Source of the DNA: an uncultured Rikenellaceae bacterium
Lineage (GTDB): Bacteria; Bacteroidota; Bacteroidia; Bacteroidales; VadinHA17
DNA: 64,000 bases
Reading direction: 5' to 3'
Assembly (NCBI GenBank): GCA_964419775.1
Contig: CAYQRF010000002.1
Location: 7,837 to 71,836 of the forward strand
This document shows, piece after piece, positions 48,865 through 59,863 of the stretch; position 1 is the first letter of the stretch, and every line of letters begins with the position of its first letter. Made by a program: the position numbers and the translations under genes. The notes under the pieces were generated by a model. That model was not told where the DNA came from. It made no database searches and saw nothing but the letters and a program-made list of their open reading frames with translations.

Positions 48865-50193
48865 ATGGAAGAGCCGGAAAAAGATGAGATAGTATATTCA
48901 GAACCCGTTAGAGATCTGATGGGAGCTGTGCCTGGCAGGATACTGAGGTGGGGCACAGGAATTATCATGGCAGTAATGGCCCTGTTTATTTTCTTCCTGT
49001 GGCTTGTGAAATATCCCGACAGGATCCCCGCACCGGTTGAAATTACTACGGTTAACCCGCCTGCCATACTTGTTTCAAAAATATCCGGAAGAATTAACAA
49101 TCTTTATGTGAACGACAGGGACGAGGTCGGGGAGGGCCAGTTGCTTGCAGTGATGGAAACTGCGGCTTCGATAAGCGAAATCAACCATCTCAAATCAATT
49201 GTCGACACTGTCGGTGACCCGGGAAGGTTGCTTCAGAATTCACTCCCCGTTTTTTCAGAGCTCGGAGAGCTGCAGAGTTACTGGAGCTCCTTTCTTAAAA
49301 GCCTGTCTGATTACAGCAACTACAATATCAATGACTTTTACGGCAATAAGATCCTTTCGCTTACAGATGAGATAAACGCTATTCTGGCTTATATCGGAAA
49401 AGTAAAGGTGAAGGAGGATTTGTACTCCGAGAACCAGATGCTTGAAACCAGGAAGTACCGAAGGGATTCGCTGCTTTATTCTGAAGGAGTATACTCTGAA
49501 AGCGAGCTGGAGAAATCACTCCAGGCTCTGATCAGGCTTAACATAGAACTTCAGCAGGTACGGCTCGATCACTCCCAGAAATCAATCGAACTTGCTGAAA
49601 AAAGGCAGTTGCTTCAGGATTACAGAATCAGGGGACTGGAGGACCGGGAAAAGTATTATTCGGTTCTTAGTGAATCTTTTATGAATCTCAGGGCTCAGTT
49701 AAGGATATGGGAAAATACCTATTTGCTTGTATCTCCTGTCGCGGGAACGGTAACACTTACCAGGTTCTGGAGCGAAAATCAGACAGTTGGCAAAGATGAA
49801 CCTGTCATGAGTGTTATTCCCACGGAAACCGGAGACTATGTCGGCAGGATAAGCCTTAAAATGAACCGTTCAGGCAAGGTCAAACCCGGTCAGGATGTCC
49901 ATATCAAATTAAGCGGATATCCGTACCTGGAATATGGGATGGTAAGGGGAGTCGTGAAATCAAAGTCCCTGGTTCCTTCAGCCGATTCGTATATAATAGA
50001 AATATTCCTGCCTCAGGGCCTGACTACCCTGTATGGGAAAAATCTCGATTTTACACAAAATATGCAGGGTACTGCAGAGATAATCACAGAGGACCTTCGT
50101 CTGCTTGAGAAAATTCTCAATCCGGTCAGGCATCTTGTTTCCCGGAACCAGAGCCGGGCTGTTTCCCTGAATAAGGCTCATAGGTATCCCTGA
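48865..50193 (+). CDS. HlyD-family membrane fusion / secretion accessory protein
   Basis: 442-aa ORF with an N-terminal TM helix (GIIMAVMALFIFFLWLV), a long coiled-coil middle and a C-terminal beta domain. It starts 10 nt after the PCAT stop. Confidence 0.85.
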   Translation: MEEPEKDEIVYSEPVRDLMGAVPGRILRWGTGIIMAVMALFIFFLWLVKYPDRIPAPVEITTVNPPAILVSKISGRINNLYVNDRDEVGEGQLLAVMETAASISEINHLKSIVDTVGDPGRLLQNSLPVFSELGELQSYWSSFLKSLSDYSNYNINDFYGNKILSLTDEINAILAYIGKVKVKEDLYSENQMLETRKYRRDSLLYSEGVYSESELEKSLQALIRLNIELQQVRLDHSQKSIELAEKRQLLQDYRIRGLEDREKYYSVLSESFMNLRAQLRIWENTYLLVSPVAGTVTLTRFWSENQTVGKDEPVMSVIPTETGDYVGRISLKMNRSGKVKPGQDVHIKLSGYPYLEYGMVRGVVKSKSLVPSADSYIIEIFLPQGLTTLYGKNLDFTQNMQGTAEIITEDLRLLEKILNPVRHLVSRNQSRAVSLNKAHRYP

Positions 50194-50615
50194 CCGAGTG
50201 CAACGATCCTGTGCCTGCCGGCTTCTGGAAAGGCTGGATTCCTTTTTGTTTTTTTAAATACTTGCGGTACAGGCTTATGCCTACTCCTGCCAATATCGCA
50301 ACTGCAAGGATTATATCGTTGTTTTTCATCTTCTGGTGATTTGAAATTCCGGATATTCCATAAAATTAAATTCCGAATTCAAATATATCAATTATTCCTT
50401 GAACCATTAACCATATTTACACATACTGCCAACTTCTCCGCTACCCCTTGTCATTTCATCAGTTACTGTATTTGTGCCTCATCTGGGTACAATTCTTATT
50501 TTTACATAATAGTTTGAGTTTTAATAAATAATTCAATATTTTCGTAGTCTGAAAAAATCATGGGTTACCATGGTGTGATTTTTTATTGAAGATATTGAAC
50601 CTTAAAGGATTGGAT

Positions 50616-52730
50616 ATGATTAAAGATAATCCGGATGACACTGTTCGGGAAGAGCAGAACGAAGCGGAAATGACTGCTTCGGGTACTGAGACCGCTTTTA
50701 ATATTGAACCGGAAGAACCAGAAAAGGCTGTCGGGGACAAGGAAGAGGATACAGGGGAAGACACAGAGTTGAATACTGCGGAGGCAGATCAGGAAACAGC
50801 TGAAGATGGCGACACAAAAGCTAATATTGACGATGAAACACCTATATCTGTCGACGAAACGCCTTTGACTGTCGACGAAACGGCTGAACCAGATCAGGAA
50901 GAGGTAACAGACGGTGAAAAATCACAGGTTGTGAAAGCAGAGGAAGGCACCAATAGTAAGGAAGAAGACACCGATAAGAAAGAAGAAGACACCGAACTGC
51001 CGCCTGTGGATTATTCGGGATTTTCAAAAAACGAGCTTGTAGAGACTCTGGGGTTGATTATCGAGAACAGGCCTCCTTCTGAGATACGTGAGGATGTTGA
51101 AAGGATCAAGACCTTCTTTTACAAAAAGATCAGGCAGGAAGCAGAGGAACGCAAGACTAAATTCCTTGAAGGTGGGGGTAAAATCGAAGATTATAAGATC
51201 TGGGTTGATCCTCTTGATTACCAGGTGAAAGAGCTGCTCGACAAGTACAGGGAGAAGAAAAATGATTATTCCCGTGTTCAGGAAGCCGAGAAATATGACA
51301 ACCTTAAAAGGAAATACGATATAATCGATAAGATAAAGGATCTTGTTAACCGTGAAGAGTCGATAAACAAGACCTTTCACGATTTCAGATCGCTTCAGAA
51401 TGAATGGCATTCCATAGGTGTTGTTCCGCAGGCCTCCTTAAAGGATCTGTGGGAAAACTATCACCACAGTGTGGAAATCTTCTACGATTATATTAAGATC
51501 AACAAGGAACTGAGAGACCTTGATTTGAGGAAAAACCTCGAGCTTAAGGTCCTCCTTTGTGAAAAGGCTGAGGAGCTCATGCTGGAGCCAAATCCGGTGA
51601 ATGCGTTCAGAATGCTTCAGGATTTTCACGACCAATGGCGCGAAATAGGCCCAGTGCCGCCGGAATCCAAGAATGAAATATGGGAGCGCTTCAAGGAAGC
51701 CACCAGCGAGGTAAACAAAAGACACCATGAATACTTCGAGAAGCAGAAGGACGACCAGAGAAAGAACCTGGAAGCCAAAATAGCGTTGTGCGAAGAGGTT
51801 GAAGCCATCAACCTTCTCGAAATGAAGAACTTCAGGGATTTCGACGAAAAAGCCGAAAAGATCGTTTCCCTTCAGAAAATGTGGAGAACGGTCGGTTTTG
51901 CTCCCAAAAAGCAAAACAACAAGGTTTATCAGCGCTTCAGGGAAGCGTGTGATGCCTTTTTTGAGAAAAAGCGGACCTTCTATGCCGATAACAAGGAAAC
52001 CCAGCTTAACAATCTGCAGCTTAAGACAGAACTTTGCGTTCAGGCGGAGGCCCTGCAGGAAAGCACCGACTGGAAAGCCACTTCCGACGCTCTGATCAAA
52101 CTTCAGAGAGAATGGAAGGAAATCGGACCAATACCCAGAAAACTGTCGGAGAAAACCTGGAAAAGATTCAGGAAAGCCTGCGATCATTTCTTCAACAGGA
52201 AAGCTGAACACTTCTCCACCCTTGATTCATCATATGAAGACAACCTCAAGGCCAAAATAGCAATTATAGAGGAACTTGAGAAGTTTGAACCGGGTAATGA
52301 CGTGCACAGGGCATTCGAAAAGCTCAAGGACCTTCAGCGGAAATGGACTGAAATAGGCTTTGTTCCTTTCAATAAAAAGGAAGAGATTACCAACAGGTAC
52401 CGAAACGCGCTTAACAAGGAATTTGATAAGCTGAAGATTGCAGATGAGGACAAGACCATCCTGAAATACAGGACCAAGCTCGACAGTCTCAGGACTAATC
52501 CCAAGGCTTCCAGGAAAGTCCAGAACGAACGCGACAAGTTCTTTACAAAAATAAAACAGCTTGAAGGCGATATTGTACTCTGGGAAAATAACATAGGCTT
52601 TTTTGCCAAGTCGACTAATGCAGAAGCAATGATCCGGGAAGTGCAAAACAAGATAGAGAGCGCAAAGAAAATGATCAAAACGCTGGAGGAAAAAGTCAGA
52701 ATGATTGACCAGTCAGGTCTTGACGAATAA
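50616..52730 (+). CDS. DUF349 repeat protein with acidic N-terminal region
   Basis: At least five repeats of the W..IG.VP......LW.RF..A.D.FF.rk pattern. The N-terminal 130 aa are rich in Asp, Glu and Thr. The ATG at 50616 is preferred over the TTG at 50586. Confidence 0.8.
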   Translation: MIKDNPDDTVREEQNEAEMTASGTETAFNIEPEEPEKAVGDKEEDTGEDTELNTAEADQETAEDGDTKANIDDETPISVDETPLTVDETAEPDQEEVTDGEKSQVVKAEEGTNSKEEDTDKKEEDTELPPVDYSGFSKNELVETLGLIIENRPPSEIREDVERIKTFFYKKIRQEAEERKTKFLEGGGKIEDYKIWVDPLDYQVKELLDKYREKKNDYSRVQEAEKYDNLKRKYDIIDKIKDLVNREESINKTFHDFRSLQNEWHSIGVVPQASLKDLWENYHHSVEIFYDYIKINKELRDLDLRKNLELKVLLCEKAEELMLEPNPVNAFRMLQDFHDQWREIGPVPPESKNEIWERFKEATSEVNKRHHEYFEKQKDDQRKNLEAKIALCEEVEAINLLEMKNFRDFDEKAEKIVSLQKMWRTVGFAPKKQNNKVYQRFREACDAFFEKKRTFYADNKETQLNNLQLKTELCVQAEALQESTDWKATSDALIKLQREWKEIGPIPRKLSEKTWKRFRKACDHFFNRKAEHFSTLDSSYEDNLKAKIAIIEELEKFEPGNDVHRAFEKLKDLQRKWTEIGFVPFNKKEEITNRYRNALNKEFDKLKIADEDKTILKYRTKLDSLRTNPKASRKVQNERDKFFTKIKQLEGDIVLWENNIGFFAKSTNAEAMIREVQNKIESAKKMIKTLEEKVRMIDQSGLDE
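50829..50891 (+). repeat. three tandem 21-nt coding repeats inside the DUF349 gene
   Basis: GACGATGAAACACCTATATCT / GTCGACGAAACGCCTTTGACT / GTCGACGAAACGGCTGAACCA, encoding DDETPIS/VDETPLT/VDETAEP. Confidence 0.7.
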
Positions 52731-52738
52731 CGGAATAA

Positions 52739-54370
<1,632 letters not shown>

Positions 54371-54402
54371 GTGGAGCGGAAAGATAAAATTAATTTAATA
54401 GA

Positions 54403-56370
54403 ATGGACAGGAATACTATTACCGGACTGATTCTGATCTTCGCAATATTTATCGGATTCAGCATTTATAACGGCAGCAGGATGAACAAGGCCTATGACTC
54501 GGTCGTTGAAGTGGCCGACTCATTGTACAATGCCGGTGATCTTGAAAATGCAAGGGCTGAATATATCAATGCACTCCGCTTTAAGCCGAACCAGGCTGAT
54601 GCAGTAGCTAAAGTCAACGAAATTAACAGAATACTGGGTTTCGCTCCGGCCTCGCAGACTGCCGATACAATGCCTGCCGCTGATGTCCCTGCAGGATCAC
54701 TTGCCCCGGTTCCGGCCGCTGCTGTTGCCGATTCGGGCCGATATGGTGCTTTCGGAGCTGCTGTTTCAGGAAATAATGAGTTCATTACTCTTGAAAACAA
54801 CAGGATTGAACTTAAAATTGCTACCAGGGGAGGGAAGGTCTATTCGGCAAGGGTTAAGGATTATACAACCCACGACTCCCTGCCGCTGATCCTCTTCTCA
54901 GGCGATTCAACCGTATTTGGCTTCAATTTCTACACAGCCGACAACAAGGCAATTCAGACCAATGATCTGTTTTTCACACCGGTTGGAGACGACAATCATG
55001 TGACGGTTACCGATGGTCCCCGAAGTGTTTTTCTGAGGCTTCTTGCAGGCGATGACAAATATATTGAGTATAGATACACACTGGAGCCCGACCGGTACAT
55101 GGTCGATTTTGACGTTTCATTCAAATCGCTTGATGGTGTTGTTGCCCCGAACCTGAGCAGCATAACCCTCGACTGGCGGATGTACCTTCCGCAGCAGGAA
55201 AAAGGGAGGCAGAATGAGGAATATTATACTACAATCAAATACAAGTATTACCAGGACGATGTGGAAGGCATACGGCTCCGGCAGTCAAAAGATGTAGAAA
55301 CCTCCGACCTTCCCACAAAGCTTAGCTGGATAGCCTTCCAGGATCAGTTTTTCTCATCAGTTCTGATAAGCAAGGATCACTTCCTGAACGGTTTGGTGGT
55401 CTCCACAAAGACACCGGGCTCTGAAAAGCATATAAGGTATTATACAGCAGAGGTTGGGGTGCCTTACACTCCCGGAACCGATAATAATGTCGGCATGAAG
55501 CTTTATTATGGTCCGAATCATATTTCGACCCTGAAAAAAGAAGGACTCGAGCTTGACCAGCTTGTCTTTCTTGGAAAAAATATAATAGGCTGGATCAACA
55601 GGTTTATGATAATTCCTGTATTCAACTGGCTCGAAAAATACATTGGCAGTTATGGACTGATAATACTGATCCTTACAATCCTGATCAAGATTGTTTTATT
55701 TCCGCTGACCTTTAAATCGTACCAGTCAACGGCCAAGATGCAGGTATTGAAGCCCATGGTTGAAGAGATTGGCAAAAAATTCCCCAAGCAGGAAGATGCA
55801 ATGAAAAAACAGCAGGCCACCATGGACCTGTACAAGCGGGCAGGAATTAATCCGATGGGAGGGTGTCTGCCTATGCTGCTTCAGATGCCTATTCTTTTTG
55901 CCATGTTCCGGTTTTTCCCGGTTTCCATTGAATTGAGGCAGGAGGCCTTTCTCTGGGCGACAGACCTTTCCACATATGATTCAATACTTACTCTTCCGTT
56001 TAAGATACCTATATATGGTGCCCATGTCAGCCTTTTCACCCTGCTGATGACGGCTTCAACCCTTCTTACAATGAAGATGACAAGCCAATCGCCGGGTCAG
56101 GATCAGCCAGGAATGAAAATGATGATGTACATGATGCCCGTTATGTTCATGTTCATGCTTAATAACTTTTCCGCCGGTCTGACTTATTATTACTTCCTTG
56201 CAAACATCCTCACATATTTGCAGAACATAATCTCGAAGAGATTCATAGATGAAAAGAAGGTTCTGGCCACACTTGAGGAAAACAGGAAGAAGCCTCTGAA
56301 GAAATCAAAATGGCAGCAGAGGCTTGAGGAAGCAGCTAAACAGAGAGGAATACAGCCTCCAAAAAAATAA
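54403..56370 (+). CDS. yidC: membrane protein insertase YidC
   Basis: 655-aa ORF with an N-terminal TM helix, a large periplasmic domain and the conserved C-terminal core (GINPMGGCLPMLLQMPILFAMF). Confidence 0.9.
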   Translation: MDRNTITGLILIFAIFIGFSIYNGSRMNKAYDSVVEVADSLYNAGDLENARAEYINALRFKPNQADAVAKVNEINRILGFAPASQTADTMPAADVPAGSLAPVPAAAVADSGRYGAFGAAVSGNNEFITLENNRIELKIATRGGKVYSARVKDYTTHDSLPLILFSGDSTVFGFNFYTADNKAIQTNDLFFTPVGDDNHVTVTDGPRSVFLRLLAGDDKYIEYRYTLEPDRYMVDFDVSFKSLDGVVAPNLSSITLDWRMYLPQQEKGRQNEEYYTTIKYKYYQDDVEGIRLRQSKDVETSDLPTKLSWIAFQDQFFSSVLISKDHFLNGLVVSTKTPGSEKHIRYYTAEVGVPYTPGTDNNVGMKLYYGPNHISTLKKEGLELDQLVFLGKNIIGWINRFMIIPVFNWLEKYIGSYGLIILILTILIKIVLFPLTFKSYQSTAKMQVLKPMVEEIGKKFPKQEDAMKKQQATMDLYKRAGINPMGGCLPMLLQMPILFAMFRFFPVSIELRQEAFLWATDLSTYDSILTLPFKIPIYGAHVSLFTLLMTASTLLTMKMTSQSPGQDQPGMKMMMYMMPVMFMFMLNNFSAGLTYYYFLANILTYLQNIISKRFIDEKKVLATLEENRKKPLKKSKWQQRLEEAAKQRGIQPPKK

Positions 56371-56480
56371 TTACTTTAGGAGTTAAATAACTTAATAATC
56401 TCTTCTAAATAACATATCCAAGTATTGAATTATTCCTATAAGTTAAAATTACTTAATGAGTTCCCCTTGTATTAAAAAAG

Positions 56481-56495
56481 GTTCTAATTTAGAAC
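56481..56495. promoter_or_regulatory. 15-bp near-perfect palindrome upstream of the LacI-family gene, a possible auto-operator
   Basis: GTTCTA-ATT-TAGAAC at 56481-56495, 20 nt before the ATG at 56515. Confidence 0.3.
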
Positions 56496-56514
56496 ATCCA
56501 AATTTTAGGGGAAA

Positions 56515-57549
56515 ATGGGGAAAAAAGTTAAGAATAAAGATTTAGCTGAAAGGCTGGGTGTATCCAGTACTTTGGTTTCGCTGGTCCTTAATAACAAGGC
56601 TGACCAGCATGGGATCCGCAGGGATACCCAGGAAAAGGTGCTTGCCCTCGCAAGACAAATGGGATATTTTGATCTGCAAAGAGATCCCGCGGAAAGCTCT
56701 TCCGTCGAAGAAAAACCCGGAATTATCGGAATGATAGTTCCGTCTCTTCACGATCCGTTCGTTTATGGAATAACTCCTTATCTTCAGAGAGCTTTCGGCA
56801 GTATCGGGGTCGGATTCTCGATAATGACCAAGGATCCGGATGACGGGAGGTACAACAGGATGGTGGGAGCCTTCAAGAAGTTTTACAGCGGACTGATCCT
56901 TGCCGGTGATGCGGCGGATGATTACACCATCAGATCGCTCAGGGCTATGGGATATCCTTTCGTTTTGCTTGAGAAATCGGTAAGGAACCTCCGGTTAAAT
57001 ACGGTCTGTACCGATTATACCGACGGTGCCCGGAAGGTGATCGATCACATTGCGAAGCTTGGGTATAAGAACATCCTTATAGCCGCCGACAAGGCTTCTG
57101 CTCCGGCTGATCGTCAGGTTATTGAACTGCTGAAGGACAGCATTGCTTCGAAAGCAGGAATGAATAAACCTCTGGTCATTGAGTTCGATATTCCGGTTGA
57201 CGGCAGGGAAATAGAGCAGGGACAGATTGATCAGTACCTCCGGCCGCCATACAGTGCTGAAATCATGATCGTCATTCAGGCCGACCTTGTCTATTGCATA
57301 ATGAGCTACCTCAGAAGAAAGAATCTTCGGGTACCTCAGGACGTTGCAATAGTATCAATGGAAGAAGGAATAGGCTTCGACCTGATGTTCTCACCTGTGA
57401 CATGCCTGAGAAAACCTCTTTCAGGAATGGCGCTTAAGGTATCGAACATGATCTGGTCGGAAGTGCGAAATGCAGGCAAGTCAAAATACAAGAGACAGGT
57501 CAGCATTGCTCCCGAACTTATAGTTAGGAATTCCTGCGGAACTATTTAA
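56515..57549 (+). CDS. LacI-family transcriptional regulator
   Basis: N-terminal HTH (NKDLAERLGVSSTLVSLVLNNKA) plus a periplasmic-binding-protein-like sugar-binding fold. 344 aa. Confidence 0.85.
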   Translation: MGKKVKNKDLAERLGVSSTLVSLVLNNKADQHGIRRDTQEKVLALARQMGYFDLQRDPAESSSVEEKPGIIGMIVPSLHDPFVYGITPYLQRAFGSIGVGFSIMTKDPDDGRYNRMVGAFKKFYSGLILAGDAADDYTIRSLRAMGYPFVLLEKSVRNLRLNTVCTDYTDGARKVIDHIAKLGYKNILIAADKASAPADRQVIELLKDSIASKAGMNKPLVIEFDIPVDGREIEQGQIDQYLRPPYSAEIMIVIQADLVYCIMSYLRRKNLRVPQDVAIVSMEEGIGFDLMFSPVTCLRKPLSGMALKVSNMIWSEVRNAGKSKYKRQVSIAPELIVRNSCGTI

Positions 57550-57571
57550 AAGCCTTCCTGACTCGTTTGCA

Positions 57572-57601
57572 GCCGGGGAGATTCTTCCCCGGCAAGGTTT
57601 T
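57572..57601 (+). terminator. intrinsic terminator after the LacI-family gene
   Basis: GCCGGGG-AGATTCTT-CCCCGGC, followed by AAGGTTTT. Confidence 0.6.
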
Positions 57602-57659
57602 CAACACTTGTTGATATCTGTTTCATTTCATTTCGAAAAAATAGCATACTTTTGTAATG

Positions 57660-57860
57660 CTTTGGTGTTGCAATGATATCTTTTTGTCATTGCAATGAAA
57701 AGGGAACGCGGTTGGAATCCGCGACAGTACCCGCTGCTGTGATGCCTGATCACGCAAAGCGTGATGATGGTTTCGGGATAACCTGCCACTGTGAGCTCAT
57801 CGCCATGGGAAGGCTTCCTGAAATCGGGACAAGTCAGAAGACCTGCCAGACATATTAATA
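57660..57860 (+). promoter_or_regulatory. cobalamin (B12) riboswitch
   Basis: Conserved core AAAAGGGAACGCGGTTGGAATCCGCGACAGTACCCGCTGCTGTGA, then GCCACTG, then the B12 box AGTCAGAAGACCTGCC at 57832-57847. It is preceded by an exact TACTTTTG -7 motif at 57647-57654, and a TonB receptor/BtuFCD-like operon lies downstream. Confidence 0.85.
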
Positions 57861-57944
57861 TTCAACGCTTTCGGGAAGAAAAGCTAAGAATCATCTTGTG
57901 ATTCACGTCTTTCCCAACCCGTCAGCAAAAAATTAGTAAGTGCC

Positions 57945-59861
57945 TTGAATAAAGTCTTTCTGTTTTTTGCTTTGATGCTGTCACTTCAGATGAACGGCCA
58001 GACCTGGAGCCAGGATGATGCAATACTCATCGGTGAGGTAAGGGTGAGGGCTGAATCTGACAAGCGCGATTACGTTGGTTTCAAGTCAACCCACCTCGAT
58101 TCTGCCCTTCTGTCACAGTATAATCATCATACAATTGCCGATCTGCTGTCGGGCAACTCGGTGATCCATATAAAATCATATGGCTCGGGTGGTCTTGCAA
58201 CACCATCGTTCAGGGGAACCGGACCCAGTCATACCAGGGTCTCCTGGAATGATGTGAATATCAACTCTCCGATGCTGGGCCAGTTCGATCTGTCACTCAT
58301 TCCCGCCGGCTTCATCGACGGAGTGAATATTTACTATGGAGCAGGATCAATGGGCATTAACAGCGGAGGCTTCGGCGGGGTAATCGACCTGGAAACAGAA
58401 GTAAAATCATCTGACAACAACGGAATCACAATCAATCCCGGTCTGGGAAGTTACGGACGATTTACCGGCCTTATTAAGGCCGGAACCGGAAATGACAGAT
58501 TCCGGTCGGTCACAAAGGCTTTCCTGAGCGATGCAAAAAACAATTATCCCTACACAAACAACGTCTCGGAAGATTCTCCGAAAAAGGAAAGAAGGGAAAA
58601 CAACGAAGTGAGCTCGGCCGGTTTTATCCAGGAACTGTATCTTTTAAACCCCGATAACACCCTTTCGGCAAGGATCTGGTACCAGTCGGCATCAAGGAAC
58701 CTGCCTGTGCCGATAATAAGTCCCTCACAGAATCCTCCCGAAAAACAGGATGATGAATCGCTGCGGGCCATGATTTCATACACCGGCGACCTTAAGGAAG
58801 CCGACATCGGCATTACAGCTGCATTCATTGCCGACAGGCTCCGGTATAACAATGAGCTTGCTTCGATAAGGTCTGTTAATAATTCCCGGACGTTCACGCT
58901 GAAAGGCAGTTATAAAAGGAGAATCAACAGGTTTATTTTAATGGAGGCTGCATTCAATGATGAACTGAGCCATGTCAGCACTAGTAATTATAATGGTAAC
59001 AAGTCAAGAAATCTTGCCTCTTTCGACCTTCTGGCAGAGTCAATGCCGGCGTCATGGCTTTCGGCCAGACTTCTTGTCAGGGAACTGCTTCATGATGACA
59101 TACTGCTGAGTCCTGATTTCTCGCTGAGTACTGAATTCAGACCCTTTTCCCGGAAATATTACTTTTTCAAGGCAAGTGTTTCAAAAAACTCAAAGGTACC
59201 CACCCTGAACGATATGTACTGGTCGCCCGGCGGCAATCCTGACCTGAGGAACGAAACCGGCTGGTCAACCGAACTGACCTGGGAAATGACCAGTTTTCAT
59301 AATGGCCCGTTCAAGGTTAAAAACGACATTACCTTCTTCAGGAATGATATCAGCAACCTCATACAATGGCGCCCCGGTGAATTCTCCTTCTGGGAAGCCG
59401 TCAATCTTGGCTCTGCCCTTACAACCAGCCTTGAAACCGGAGCCGACGTAAGCTATTCATCAGGTAAAGCAGATCTCAGGCTGATCGCCAATTATGTTCA
59501 CACCTTAGCCAGGTCGCGCGAATCTTACCCTGAAAACTACACATCGGATAGGGCGCAGCTGATATATGTACCTGAAAATCAGTTGAATTTTCTTTTCAGA
59601 TTGAACTGGCTTAATTTCTTTGCTTCTTTCAGGACCGATTATACAGGCAGAAGATATATCACTGCCGACAACTCCGCTTATCTTCCTCACTATGCCGTAA
59701 GCGGTATTAATGCCGGCACCAGGATCGAGGGGAATCATCATTCAGTAGATATTTCCATTTCAGTTGATAACCTGTTCAATGCCGCGTACCAGAACATTGC
59801 ATACTATCCGATGCCCGGCAGAAACTTTTCTTTATCTCTCGCATATCAGTTTAAAAAATAA
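57945..59861 (+). CDS. TonB-dependent receptor (BtuB-like, B12-riboswitch controlled)
   Basis: Signal peptide, plug domain (GGLATPSFRGTGPSHTRVSWNDVNINSP) and a C-terminal beta-barrel ending in YYPMPGRNFSLSLAYQF. The start is probably the TTG at 57945, because the next ATG would remove the signal peptide. Confidence 0.85.
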   Translation: MNKVFLFFALMLSLQMNGQTWSQDDAILIGEVRVRAESDKRDYVGFKSTHLDSALLSQYNHHTIADLLSGNSVIHIKSYGSGGLATPSFRGTGPSHTRVSWNDVNINSPMLGQFDLSLIPAGFIDGVNIYYGAGSMGINSGGFGGVIDLETEVKSSDNNGITINPGLGSYGRFTGLIKAGTGNDRFRSVTKAFLSDAKNNYPYTNNVSEDSPKKERRENNEVSSAGFIQELYLLNPDNTLSARIWYQSASRNLPVPIISPSQNPPEKQDDESLRAMISYTGDLKEADIGITAAFIADRLRYNNELASIRSVNNSRTFTLKGSYKRRINRFILMEAAFNDELSHVSTSNYNGNKSRNLASFDLLAESMPASWLSARLLVRELLHDDILLSPDFSLSTEFRPFSRKYYFFKASVSKNSKVPTLNDMYWSPGGNPDLRNETGWSTELTWEMTSFHNGPFKVKNDITFFRNDISNLIQWRPGEFSFWEAVNLGSALTTSLETGADVSYSSGKADLRLIANYVHTLARSRESYPENYTSDRAQLIYVPENQLNFLFRLNWLNFFASFRTDYTGRRYITADNSAYLPHYAVSGINAGTRIEGNHHSVDISISVDNLFNAAYQNIAYYPMPGRNFSLSLAYQFKK

Positions 59862-59863
59862 CC

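Noticed and set aside
50126-50329. A 67-aa minus-strand ORF whose N-terminus (MKNNDIILAVAILAGVGISLYRKYLKK) looks like a TM helix, possibly a small immunity or membrane protein.
   Set aside because: Its 3' third overlaps the HlyD coding end in antisense. The remainder is low-complexity and spans the probable hlyD terminator and T-run. It is not excluded, but I cannot support it from the sequence alone.
51438-52211. A 257-aa minus-strand ORF, with other long antisense ORFs at 17518-17937, 8901-9407, 48281-48769, 18588-19094 and 52230-52646.
   Set aside because: All lie antisense inside strongly supported genes (DUF349, zapA, asmA, PCAT, rny). They have skewed compositions and no motifs, which is typical of shadow ORFs.
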